A stretch of DNA of 59,616 nucleotides, counting the filler, from Nemertoderma westbladi (lineage: Eukaryota > Animalia > Xenacoelomorpha): NCBI GenBank assembly GCA_032718475.1. It is 3 parts of 3 records of this genome, joined end to end, with 100 filler letters (N's around TTAATTAATTAA, not from the genome) between each part and the next. Parts side by side here need not be neighbours in the genome. Positions count along the whole stretch, not along the records: positions 25,506 to 49,791 come from JAUCBJ010001249.1; 2 more parts are not named here. One strand, written 5' to 3'. This document shows, piece after piece, positions 37,911 to 48,756 of the stretch. Within the stretch, counting starts at the first letter, position 1; every line of letters begins with the position of its first letter. A model generated the notes under the pieces. It saw only the letters and a list, made by a program, of their open reading frames with translations, searched no databases and was not told the DNA's origin. The position numbers were made by a program, and so were the translations under genes.

Positions 37911-39849
37911 ATTAGGGTACATAGTAACATAGAAGATAGAAGTTGTGGGCACCGAGAGCGCCACGTAGTAAGAAAGTAAAGGGTATGTAGGCATAGTATA
38001 GTAGTAGTAGGGCACATAGTAAGAAGGAAGTAGGAAGGTAGATATGATAATAGCACAGACAGGGGGGAACATAGATAAAATTAAAATAAGACTAAGGAAA
38101 ATTGGCAGTTTGGGGTGGTCGAGAATAGGACATTGTGGAGCAGTGGGATGGACCATCTCATGGGATTATCTGCCACACGCCGATGGACTGGGGTAAGTTC
38201 CAAGAGGAGTACGGAGTGGAACTGGCGAACTCACTGAAATAGGGAGCGAGGCCAGGGAAACAGGAGATATATCAGATCCGAAGGGGAGCGATAAAGATAT
38301 ATCAGAAAAGATATTTCTTACAGGAGGATTGGATAATGATAGGTTTATTAAACCTATTCAAGGCCGTGGTTATCGGAAGAGAGCTGACGGCGTTTCTGCT
38401 ATCAGGAACACCTCTAGATCACAGGAGAGCCTTTAAGGTGGCCTCTGAGGGTCTTGTAGACCACCCGGGGCTGAAGGGTGAGTCGGTACACTACGGTAGC
38501 CGACACATAGTGGACAAAGAGGTGGACACACCGTACAAGAGATGGAAGAAGTTGGTAACATATTCGAGGGCCTATGGGGATTCCCCCAGGGGAGTTGGTG
38601 AGGATACCAAAGGGACGCCAACCATCGATTAAGTAATATAAGTACTAACAATATAAGTACTATAGTGATATATAACCTTTTCCAATTAACTACTGGGAAT
38701 GGGGACCAATTGACTATGACAGAAGGACGAGACACTAGACGAATCACGCTTCTTGAGTGCGATGGCACAAAAGGGGAGGGTGAGGCTCGTCAGGGGTAGG
38801 TGGAGACATCAGACGGATCCCATTTCTCAAGTGCGGCCACACTGATGAGAATGTGGGAGCCTGACAGGAGGGGGCAGAGAACCAAACAAATGGGTTTAGT
38901 GCGAGAAAAACATGGAGAGGAGGTGTTGACATGCGTGGAAGTGAGAGGAGTTCAATTCAAGTGTGGGGAGCGAGCAGTAAGAGAGAGAGTAAGGGACAAC
39001 GAGGTCCGCAAGAAAGAGAGTGAGGGACAAAGAGGTCCGAGAGTAAGTGAGGTTTTAGAAAATTGTGCGAAGAGAGTCCATAATTGTCTCGAACAGAGAC
39101 ACCAGAAACCTTGGTGCAACATAGCTCGCGATTGCACCAAGGAGGGGTAGCAATAACATACCCAGGGGGGGGGGGGCGGCCTGGAAAGCCAACCTCGAGA
39201 AAAGAACTCCACCCCACACCCGATAGTAAATTGGGTTCCAGCGGAATTGAAGCGCACTTAAGGTTGATGCTATCTTCTCACCGGGAAGATAGCATGGGGG
39301 GAAGTGTAAGCGGATTCAATTCCACTTCATTACCCACCAGAAAATGGGACCAGTGGCATTTAGCAATATGTTGGGGATACGAGATTACCAATATTAATCT
39401 CGTCTCATAACCAACATTGGGGGGGGGGGGCGACACAAGCCCCAAAGCCACAGAGAGAGGTGAGAGGTCAAACCACCTCGGAGGGAATACAGCTAGAAGA
39501 GGCTAGCAGCGGGGGGAAACACTCACAGGGAGTGCCAAAGTGACAATTAACATATTAGCCAATAGTGGGGAGGGAAGCACGTGATTAGGGACAGGAAAGC
39601 ATCCATTGGGTACAGAGGGCCAAAGTACAGTATGAGGTGAAATCAATATTCATGTGTGTTAAACATATATTATCTTACATTACTGATTTACATTACTGAC
39701 TTGTCATAATGTTTCAACACTTTTCAATTGGCACTGCATCAGTAGAAAGTGATTCTAATTATATATATCTTGTATTAATAATATTGAAGCCATATAATCA
39801 TTTTTGCCATTTTGATGCCATATAATTAATATTTTAAATTTCGACAAGG

Positions 39850-40345
39850 CAATTAAATTTTTTCACTATGCTAAGTCTTACTCTAATAATTCCTGCGTCT
39901 GTCCAATATTAGATTATTCAGCTGATGTTTGGGGATATTTAGCAACCACTGATATTGAAACAGCATAATGGAAAGGTATGCGCTCTTTTGAAGGTGTTTA
40001 TAAGTGCGCCCCCATCATAGAGGTTGAGGGTGATATGGGCTGGGTCGATGTGGCTATGGGTCGATTTCAGAGCAAGTCTAAGTACCTGTCAGGTTTGTCA
40101 TACCTCTGATGTTGAGGATGAGCTTCACTTCCTCTGTGTCTGCCGGGCGCTGGACCGATCATCGCTACCCGATACTATTAGTAACTTGTCAGCCTTAAGT
40201 TCCAACTTAATTATTGGATGACCAGGAGTCGGCTTATAGTTATACCGAAATTATATTATTTATGTTGATTCTGTAATTATTGTATTATGCAGTAAATATG
40301 TAGGTTGTAAATATATTTTGATCTTTTAGAAGGTGATAATAATAT
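39850..40345 (+). mobile_element. LINE 3' remnant (RTEX/CR1-like)
   Basis: PILDYSADVWG and CQVC...EDELHFLCVC zinc-knuckle motif. Confidence 0.6.
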
Positions 40346-40623
40346 AAGTTCTGTCTTATCTGTATTAAGTTACATGCATAATGTCCCAAATAGCTTCTCA
40401 ATATTCATTATTTGATCATTTTTACTATTTTTATAGCATTTGCAGGATTTTTATCTGTGCAGTCATCATTAGTGTATCATCTGCATATTGTATGGTTTCT
40501 GTAAGTTTTGTGTGAGATGGAATATCATATATAAGTTAGGATGTCCATGCAGTACAATCTACAGATTAGCAGACATGGAAGATGGTTCTTAACAAAATAA
40601 CAATGTATATTATAATCACTTAC

Positions 40624-40743
40624 TTTGATGCTTGAAGTCTTGTCATTAAGATTTCCAAGAGATTCTCTTTTGCTCGCCATTAGAAATTCTTTCGATTCGC
40701 CTTGATAGTTTGAATCACGGTATAGAGTAATTTTATGACAATC
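40624..40743 (-). CDS. Beta/gamma-crystallin domain gene, visible exon 4 (not in ORF track)
   Basis: ttttag|DCHKITLYRDSNYQGESKEFLMASKRESLGNLNDKTSSIK|gtaagt; phase 0/0. Confidence 0.88.
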
Positions 40744-41252
40744 CTAAAATATAAATTATTATTGTTTGCTCCAATGGTAATATTTTTCAATATACAATAA
40801 CAATAATGTGTGCGAAATTTTTTGTGAATTGACATTTGCCATTGAAAGATATATAAAAATATAAAGCCACTATTTAAAAGGACATGCCAGGTTTTGGATA
40901 TAATGTAAAAATTCATTTAGCACTGCCTAAATAAATTTCATAATTTGATAAATAATTATTTTTAAATAAATATCAATGTTGTCAAACTTATTTTGAAAAT
41001 GCCATACATTAAGGTATAAAAGTAATAAACAATAATAGTTAATCCCACAACAACAAACATGGCCAAACAAGGTGTAAAGAGCAAATCACTACATCCTCTA
41101 CAATTAAAATTTTATTTTTTAATTTTATTTTAACTTAAAATTTTATAGTAGGCCTAACTCCCCTCTTTTGAAATTTTGAGTTTTCAAAATAATTTATTTA
41201 CTTCATTTTCATTCCATTTTGATAGTATTATTGACTTAATATGCCAACTTAC

Positions 41253-41379
41253 ATTTCTGTCCTGAGTGTTAACAAGCTTCACAGATGATATTCTATCCCC
41301 CAAGAAATTCCCCAAGTTGCCATGGTGCGAATATTTACCCACTGATAATGTTTTCTGGACACCGCCGTAGTCAGGATGT
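41253..41379 (-). CDS. Beta/gamma-crystallin domain gene, visible exon 3
   Basis: ttcgcag|(E)HPDYGG...VGKYS...GDRISSVKLVNTQDRN|gtaagt; phase 2/0. Confidence 0.9.
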
Positions 41380-41468
41380 CTGCGAAATAATATTGAAAAA
41401 TATACTGGATAAACTACATACCTGTATGATAATAAATTGGATGGGGAAGAATTATTATTGTTCAAAGA

Positions 41469-41741
41469 ATCATAATGCGAATTATATTTACCATGTGTGA
41501 TTTTAAATCATAATGCGAATTATATTTGCCATGTGTGATTTTAAATCATAATGCGAATTATATTTGCCATGTGTGATTTTAAATCATAATGCGAATTATA
41601 TTTGCCATGTGTGATTTTAAATCATAATGCGAATTATATTTGCCATGTGTGATTTTAAATCATAATGCGAATTATATTTGCCATGTGTGATTTTAAATCA
41701 TAATGCGAATTATATTTGCCATGTGTGATTTTAAATCATAA
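41469..41741. repeat. 38-bp minisatellite, about 7 copies (intronic)
   Basis: ATCATAATGCGAATTATATTTGCCATGTGTGATTTTAA repeated. Confidence 0.95.
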
Positions 41742-41969
41742 TTATTTTGTTTATTAACATATTGATTACGCCAATGGGAAGAACACCAGGATTTCACTTT
41801 TCGGTCGACTTTTTATTGGAATTTTATATATGAAGATTTTTTTTTTTTAATGTATCTTTATTAAATGTTTTATAGCGCTTATTTCTGTCTTATAACCTGT
41901 ACATATACTAAGTCGTTTATTGTTTTGGTTAGATTCAGCCCTTCTGTACCCTGTGTTTTTGGTGAAAAC

Positions 41970-42143
41970 CTGGTATTCTTCACATGGGGCTAACTGCAAA
42001 GTGAATATAACGGCAAAAAGTCTGGTATTCTTCACATGGGGGTAACTGCAAAGTGAAATATAACGGCAAAAAGTCTGGTATTCTTCACATGGGAGTAACT
42101 GCAAAGTGAAATATAACGGGAGAAAGTCTGGTATTCTTCATAT
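41970..42143. repeat. About 53-bp tandem repeat, about 3.3 copies (intronic)
   Basis: CTGGTATTCTTCACATGGG recurs four times. Confidence 0.9.
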
Positions 42144-43020
42144 GGACCCTTGAATATAATAAAACAAATTAGATTTATACTAAAACATTAAATGTAATGT
42201 TGTCTTTGGCCATTAGGCCAGGGATTACACTCAATATTAATGCCCAGTACGCTCAGTATATCACCTCTTCCTCACAACAATTTTTAAATTGGGTACCGTC
42301 GACTCCGATCAGCCGGGACCCAATTTCCTCGCTTCTCACACGTCTCATTAGTCCCAGGACTCATCCCCTTCCCTGACCCGCTCCCTACACTTCCCAGATG
42401 TTACAGATGTCATTCAACTCATCGTATTCTATCACTCATGCTGGATTCCTGTAGTCTCACTCATTAGGCCTTCACACTTGATAAATGGTATCCATCCATT
42501 GTATCATCCTCCTGTTTCAGTCAGTGTGAGTCCCCCGTCCCACTAGCTAATACTTAGTACATACTTGGTTTCAATTATATTGACTATTAATTAAGTTCGA
42601 GTATTATTAGTATTAGTATTATTATTATGCATTCTTAGAGCTTTAGGAGCACTACTACAGCTTGTGGCAAAAGCCTAAACTCTATCAATTCCTCATATGC
42701 TATTCTAGAAAGTAATGCAAGAAAGTCAAGCAGATTGATTCAACTCACACCATTGTTGGATCAACAGAAGCTTATCAGGATGTCTTCTTGGACTAAATTC
42801 GCACAAATTGAGTAAAACTATTGTTTGCCTCAACTACTGCTTGACTCATGACAAGCATTTGCACGGATGCATAGATCTTACTTTATCTTAAATACGAATA
42901 AAAAATTAATTTGCTAATTTGATTTCACATTTGATCACTTCCAATCTGTTTGTCTGTCTGACTGGCTTTTTAATATTATTTTTTGAAAATTAAGTATATA
43001 TTTTTATAAGTATAACTAAC

Positions 43021-43197
43021 TCTGCTAGTAACCATGTCCCTGACATGATTATGGCAGAAGAGATCCTGTCATGGAATCCGAAATTATGGAGATTGGGTTC
43101 GCTGTGATCCAGAGTCATGGAACGCCCAGTGTAGTCGGGGTGTTCAAACAGGTCTATATAGGAACCGGTACCGTCTAGTGTAGTCAATGCCTTCACG
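43021..43197 (-). CDS. Beta/gamma-crystallin domain gene, visible exon 2
   Basis: tttcatag|(S)VKAL...IDLFEHPDYTG...HDRISSAIIMSGTWLLA|gttagt; phase 2/2. Confidence 0.9.
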
Positions 43198-43640
43198 CTA
43201 TGAAATTTATTAATAAAAATATTAATGATAATACAATTAGCAACAGTGAATTTCTTTTCATATAAGAAAGTAAATAATTGATAATATCTTATAGTATTTC
43301 CTTGTTTTTGATGACGATGGGTCTCTATTCTCCCTGTAACTAATAAGTACAATGTGCTGTTATATCAGAGTACGATATAATATTATTGGGTTGAACATTG
43401 TGGGCAAGGCGGGTTAAAACTGTTATAAGGTATATTATATGCCTCCAATATATGACTTGAAGTTATTGTATAATAGAAGGAGATAATTTGACATAATATT
43501 GTAATGTTATACTGTATATATATACTATATATATACTGTTATATCTGACTTTATTTTATGTTTTAAATATAATACAATTATAAGGTAAGTTGTCAAGCTT
43601 TTCTTACTAATGATAAATTAATATTAATTGTATTACCCAC

Positions 43641-43754
43641 CTTGAAATAGAGTTGTCAACAGGACCCATATTTCCCCAGGTTCCAGCATTCGGGTAGTTT
43701 CCAGGTTTTAGTATCGCTTTTTTACCACTGTAATTGTCTTGGTAAATCATCCAC
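43641..43754 (-). CDS. Beta/gamma-crystallin domain gene, visible exon 1 (upstream exon not found)
   Basis: ccttag|WMIYQDNYSG...PGNYP...DNSIS|gtgggt; split codon AG+C restores Ser of ISS. Confidence 0.85.
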
Positions 43755-44339
43755 CTAAGGCAAGATAATAATTTCTACCAATTCTGAATGGGATAATCTT
43801 GAATGCAAAAAATTTCCGTGCTACTTTTCAGACCATGAAGGGTGGTTAAGTGGTAACACCTAGTTAATAATAATAATAATAATAATATATATTTATTTAT
43901 ATAGCGCCAAATTTACATCATTTACGTACTCTAAGGCGCTGACAACACATAATACACAGTAATTAATAGTTCGTGACTGCAATGGCAATAGTTTGAGGTA
44001 AAATCAACTAAATTAATGTAGTAATAAAAAACCAACAATAAAAACATCATAAAATATAGTAAAAACAAACAATAAAAACGATCATAGCAGATATTCCAAT
44101 CTTACGGGTTAAGTTAATTAGTAATTAATGGCAATAGTTGTGAAATAAAATTATCCAATTAATTAATTTAAAAAAAATGTCAGTCGTCCATAAAAACAAA
44201 TAAATAATGTTTAGTTTAGATTTAACTTCATAGGCACAGCGTAATATAGGACACTAGTTCACGTGGTATTCCAGATTGTACAGGTGAGTTTTTAGACGTT
44301 TCTTAAAATCGCAAAAAAAAGGCACGAAAAATCGCTTTT

Positions 44340-44790
44340 TGCAATTTGAATTGTTTGCTACGTGTAATTTTCGTCCCACCAGACAAGCATCAAAATTGGC
44401 AGTTGCGTTACCACGAATGATTTGTAACGTGTTGTATCGTGATCAGCTACCTTGAAAACCAGTATAGCTTCAGAATTACCAAACCAAAGGCATAATTTGA
44501 CAGTTTATAATTTTGTGCTAGGCTTACTTGTAATTTTCGTTCTGGGGCACTAGAATAGCACCAAAATTGGGTTTGCATTACCAGAAATATTTATAACTAG
44601 TTTCATCGTAATCAGCGCCCTCGAAAACACGTGCGTTCAGAATTATCAAACCAAACACAAAATTTTAATTTTGACATTTTTTTACTTGTACTTTTCATAC
44701 TGGGGGACCAAAATAGCACAAAAAATGATGGGTGCTTTTCCAAAAAATATTTTTAACAAGTTTTATCGTGATCAGTAACCTAGAAAACCC
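44340..44790. repeat. Diverged tandem units with ATCAGC..C.TGAAAAC anchor, related to the 2103-3608 family
   Basis: CGTGATCAG/CGTAATCAG...GAAAAC recurs at about 44438, 44607 and 44767, and similarly at about 3200. Confidence 0.5.
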
Positions 44791-45925
44791 TATTATTTAA
44801 TAGGTTCAGCCACTCTACTCTGCTTCAGTTTCCATAATAAATTCTAAATTATTAGTGTATTAACTTGTTTGTACAATAACTAACCGAATAGGCTATATTC
44901 TACGATAATCTAAAAAAACAAGTGTATACGGTGCTTAGTACTATTACTAGTATAATACAGTTTGAATTTCGCTCTAATAAAACCCAATAACGACCAATAA
45001 ACCAATGCATACACCCCAATAACGACCAATAAACCAATGAAAACACCCCAATAACGACCAATAAACCAATGAAAACAGTCGATTTTAAGAGCCAAACTTT
45101 AAACGCGTTTTTCTCAGAATGAACATTTTTCCCCAGGTCCCTTTTCTCGCAACCAGCCACATATTTCTATTATTATACCGGTACGATTTATTATTTGACG
45201 CGGTTATGTTTTAATCAAATTTTGTACCATAACAAATTGCAATTTATCTGCCTGTTTAAGACGTTATCCGGTGGTTGGTGGGTAGTGAATCCTTCAGTTG
45301 TATCAGTAGGCTGGCGTCAAGCAGTATCAGCTCCAGAATCAGAATGCAGTAACAGCCAATCACTTAAAAAAAAATTTTCATGACAAATCCTTCATAGTCT
45401 TCGATTCCGGTTTTAGGGTTTTTGGTATAACCATCGTCGAAAGCTCCATTTTAAAAAAGGTGTTCTCCTGGTCCTCTTTGTTTAGATGATAGTTTCACGA
45501 TCGTCGATCTTTGGTGGAAGACAAGTTGATGGGGGGGGGGGGGGTAAGGTTTGATGGGCAACCCGGAAAACCGGCGCCAACGCAAATTACGGTACTTAAA
45601 ATATAGCTCTATACAACAGAATTAGCTTTCAGTAGTTCAACTGGTATGTATGACGAGTTGGATTACACTCCTGTTGCATGATGACAGACATTCATTTGTA
45701 TATAGGATCCAAATGTATAGTTTGTCCTATGTAGTTACGTTAGGTTTGCCCAACGCTGATACGTTTCTATATGTGCTATTAGATCGAACCGTGTAGGTTG
45801 TCCAGTGCGGTCACGTTTCGTTTACCAAACGCTGATACGTTTCTATGTCACATGACCCATGTCCTCGCCAGCCCATAGGTGCAATAGGGTCGAAACATAA
45901 CTGTTTGGCCAACCAGTAGATCCGA

Positions 45926-46002
45926 CCAATCAGACACGAGCTGTGGCCAATCAGATTTCAGAAAGTTCCGATCCCGATTTGCATAATGTCTGGCTATAAA
46001 AG
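45926..46002 (+). promoter_or_regulatory. Compact Pol II promoter: two CCAAT boxes, octamer, TATA
   Basis: CCAATCAG at 45926 and 45947, ATTTGCAT at 45977-84, TATAAAAG at 45995-46002. Confidence 0.55.
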
Positions 46003-46301
46003 GGCCTGTTTTGTCACTTTCCTCACCTTCTTGCACCTTCACCCTCTGCTAGCGAAAGCCCCTGACTTTTACAACAGTAAAAGTTCTTATATTTTTAGTA
46101 ACATTTTTATCTGTAAATAGTATTTCTGTATTTCTGCAATTTCTGTGATATCTTTTAACTGCTAACTCATTCTAATGATATAATAATGTTCTGGCAGTTC
46201 TCAGAGATCTCTAATTGTTTTCACCTCAACTTCCCTTCCAATTATACAGTCCACTTCATTGAACACTTAACGGGAGGTGTCGAATAGCCCTCTCACTTGG
46301 T

Positions 46302-46867
46302 TTTTTTTTTTACTCAAAAGCCTCCATATATTATGATATGATATGAACAAACAATAATCCAAATATAAAAACGCACATAAACAAGTAAAAATATAACCCA
46401 CTTCTAGCGGCCGACCGGAACCCACGGAGGCACATCAGGGACGACCGGAGTAAGGCGAAGTTGATGCGTCACCGCACCCATGCTACCGACTCTGGGTAGG
46501 GAACCTGTCGTTTCTCCGACAACTTCAACGCCAGCCGCTTAACAAACTGCTTCGCAGCCGGCGCCGAAAGCGGAAAATATGAGGGGGGTGAAGGTTGAGT
46601 GCTCAACCTCACGGATCCGCTCCTCATATCTCCAGATCTTCCTCACCTCGTGATGGAGGTGGGCGGCGTCCAGCGACATCGCTGCGTTGGTGTCCGCCAG
46701 CCGGTTGAACACCGACACGTCGATGAACATCTTCTGGAAGCGGTTGCCCCAGAATTCGCTCACCGACACATCGAGTCTCGCCTGCTGGTCCGTCGAGGTG
46801 GACCGGAGAGTGAAGGACTCCCCCCATCAGCGGCTGGAGCAACGGCCCCACAGCCACGTTGTGGTCC
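46302..46867 (-). mobile_element. 5'-truncated CRE-clade retrotransposon with poly(A) and 14-bp TSD
   Basis: TSD CCCTCTCACTTGGT at 46288-46301 and 46868-46881; poly-T to 46311; FIDVSVFN...YEERI..FTPLIFS. Confidence 0.92.
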
Positions 46868-47276
46868 CCCTCTCACTTGGTAAGACCTGACGGAACAGGT
46901 GCAGTCTCACTCTCTCTCTCGCTCTCTCTCTCACAACTCTGCGCCATTCCTCACAGCTGTACGTAGCTTATGTATAGGGCCTTGTTTAATAAGCCAATGA
47001 AGTCTGATTTGTTACTGTCATGCAATCGTTAGTATCAACCTTTAGTTTAGAGGTGTATCTGAATACAGGTGACTGTAGTCACAGGGCTTCCATTGACAGG
47101 AGTGTCTTCACGTACAGTATGTGTGTATTATTTAGAAAATAAAGCATTAAAAACACACTGGTAATGATTTTTTTTAATATATTTATAAAATAATAAAATA
47201 ATTATCTGAAATGTCGATGATATAGAAAATGGCCGGTCATTAATAAAAATTGCTATTGCTATGCAGCATTAGCTAA

Positions 47277-47416
47277 AGACCCGTTAACACTCACCGGTGC
47301 GAGAGCTGTTCACTACCGTTGACAGGTAGTTTGGGCCCACTGCAATACCGCAGGGTCGTTCACACTCAGCGGTGTACCGCTGGCCCTGTGGTATTCCGTT
47401 GGATGTAAACAGGCCT
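47277..47416. mobile_element. Small Harbinger-type MITE
   Basis: Imperfect TIRs AGACCCGTTAACA / TGTAAACAGGCCT; TAA on both sides. Confidence 0.6.
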
Positions 47417-47718
47417 TAAGTCAAGCAAAATGTATTTACGTGTGGTATTTAAAAGGTATTTACGTGTGGTATTTTCGCGAGCCAAATATTGGCCATATGG
47501 TAATGGTAAATAGCTGTAATGCAATTGCTAATAATAGCGATTGCTAGTTTTCTAATGGAAGAATGTTGTTTGCAAACCTCAATATTATGCATTACTGATA
47601 TTCATACAACCACTATGTGTTATATACTGTATAATATATGAAATTATAAAGAAATTACTATTGCTAATCTACACGTTTCGGAATGGCGCCAATAGGATTA
47701 ACTAATTGTAAATTATAT

Positions 47719-48756
47719 TTACGGTGCTAGAATGCTAAGGCTGTAATCTATAACTCCATCGTCGTAAACGGCCTCCCACGTGGTCTGAACTCTCGCTGTC
47801 TCCAACAACTTCAACCACTGATCTCGTGTCCATTTTGATGTAGTATTTATTTCCCCCAATCGAACTGTATTTCCCTTACGAAAACCTATCTCAAGGCCTA
47901 TGTTACTGAAATTGACATCAATATCTTTTTTAACTACGAAATATGTAGAAACATAGTTCAACTCCGATGTTTCAACAAACTGTACTTTTCTTTCAAAGTT
48001 GCGAGTGTCTAAGTCGCACCCAAACTCTTCATTTAGTCTGTTAACCCAGTTGTATGTGAACCTCTCACCCGCCCCCCCTTTCTCCCCGTAAGCCTTGAGT
48101 AGTCGTTTTACGGATTGGGTTTTATCCGCTCCAATCAGCATCCGACCTCCGGTACCGATATTATGAAACACTCGGGAAATAAACTCACCCTGGTCGCGAT
48201 ACTTTAAACCACCTAGAGAACTCCCAAGAAACATAACTAAACTCATCACCGGGCGAGACATCGCGGAGACTATTCGTCCATACTCCTCCAAACACGAGGA
48301 ATATTCTCCTTGGATCGTAGATATTTGAAAATTTTTATCGCCGTACTTGTTGAGCAAATATGCTTTCCCGTCATCCAATGCATCATGACTGATGTCCAAA
48401 GTGTACATGTGTACATTGGCATTTTGTTTAAGAAATGCATCAATAATGATACAGGTTTTGGAACTGTTTCCAGCTCCCAGATCTATCAGATTTATAGTCT
48501 GTGCAACTTCTTCCGCACCATTATTCCCTGTCTCTGCGACGGCGTGGAGAATTTCTCTTACAGCCGCATCTATATTGTCCCGTAGTAGTTGAGTTTCTAT
48601 TCTGTACAAATAATAGGAAACATCTTTGCCCTCAGATAAACCCTCATAGAATTGGGATCCCAACTTGTCGTATAAATATTCTAATGGAATCCATTTTTCG
48701 AATTTCGACGTCAATCCCCTAACAACTTGTTTCTGGAGAAAAGATAAGCATTCCAT
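47719..48756 (-). CDS. EgtD/EasF-family (Methyltransf_33) SAM-dependent N-methyltransferase, intronless, substrate unknown
   Basis: VRGLT..KWIPLEYLYDKLGSQFY, YYLYRIE, DLGAGNSSKT, LDIS, FLGSSLGGL, LIGAD..S..RLLKAY, F..N...LNEEFG, SKW collinear with the EgtD fold; uninterrupted 345 aa. Confidence 0.9.
   Translation of the reverse strand: MECLSFLQKQVVRGLTSKFEKWIPLEYLYDKLGSQFYEGLSEGKDVSYYLYRIETQLLRDNIDAAVREILHAVAETGNNGAEEVAQTINLIDLGAGNSSKTCIIIDAFLKQNANVHMYTLDISHDALDDGKAYLLNKYGDKNFQISTIQGEYSSCLEEYGRIVSAMSRPVMSLVMFLGSSLGGLKYRDQGEFISRVFHNIGTGGRMLIGADKTQSVKRLLKAYGEKGGAGERFTYNWVNRLNEEFGCDLDTRNFERKVQFVETSELNYVSTYFVVKKDIDVNFSNIGLEIGFRKGNTVRLGEINTTSKWTRDQWLKLLETARVQTTWEAVYDDGVIDYSLSILAP

Larger units (their letters stand above)
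34750..39680 (+). mobile_element. BEL/Pao LTR retrotransposon copy 2, 5'-truncated, RT/RNaseH absent
   Basis: Gag LPPVETFKFDG; protease LIDSGA...IVGMD...TPFGWTLSGP; integrase tail ECEGALNSKPL...LMPAHIL; PPT GGGGGGAAG at 39296-39304; 5' half of 3' LTR from 39305. Confidence 0.85.

Noticed and set aside
37550-38156. Hydrophobic ORFs suggesting an env or membrane protein
   Set aside because: Antisense translation of purine-rich 81-bp repeats; no env motifs
47719-48756. Complete ergothioneine pathway or bacterial contaminant
   Set aside because: No EgtB/Egt1 sulfoxide synthase or operon neighbours; flanks are eukaryotic repeats and a spliced gene; gene symbol egtD withheld
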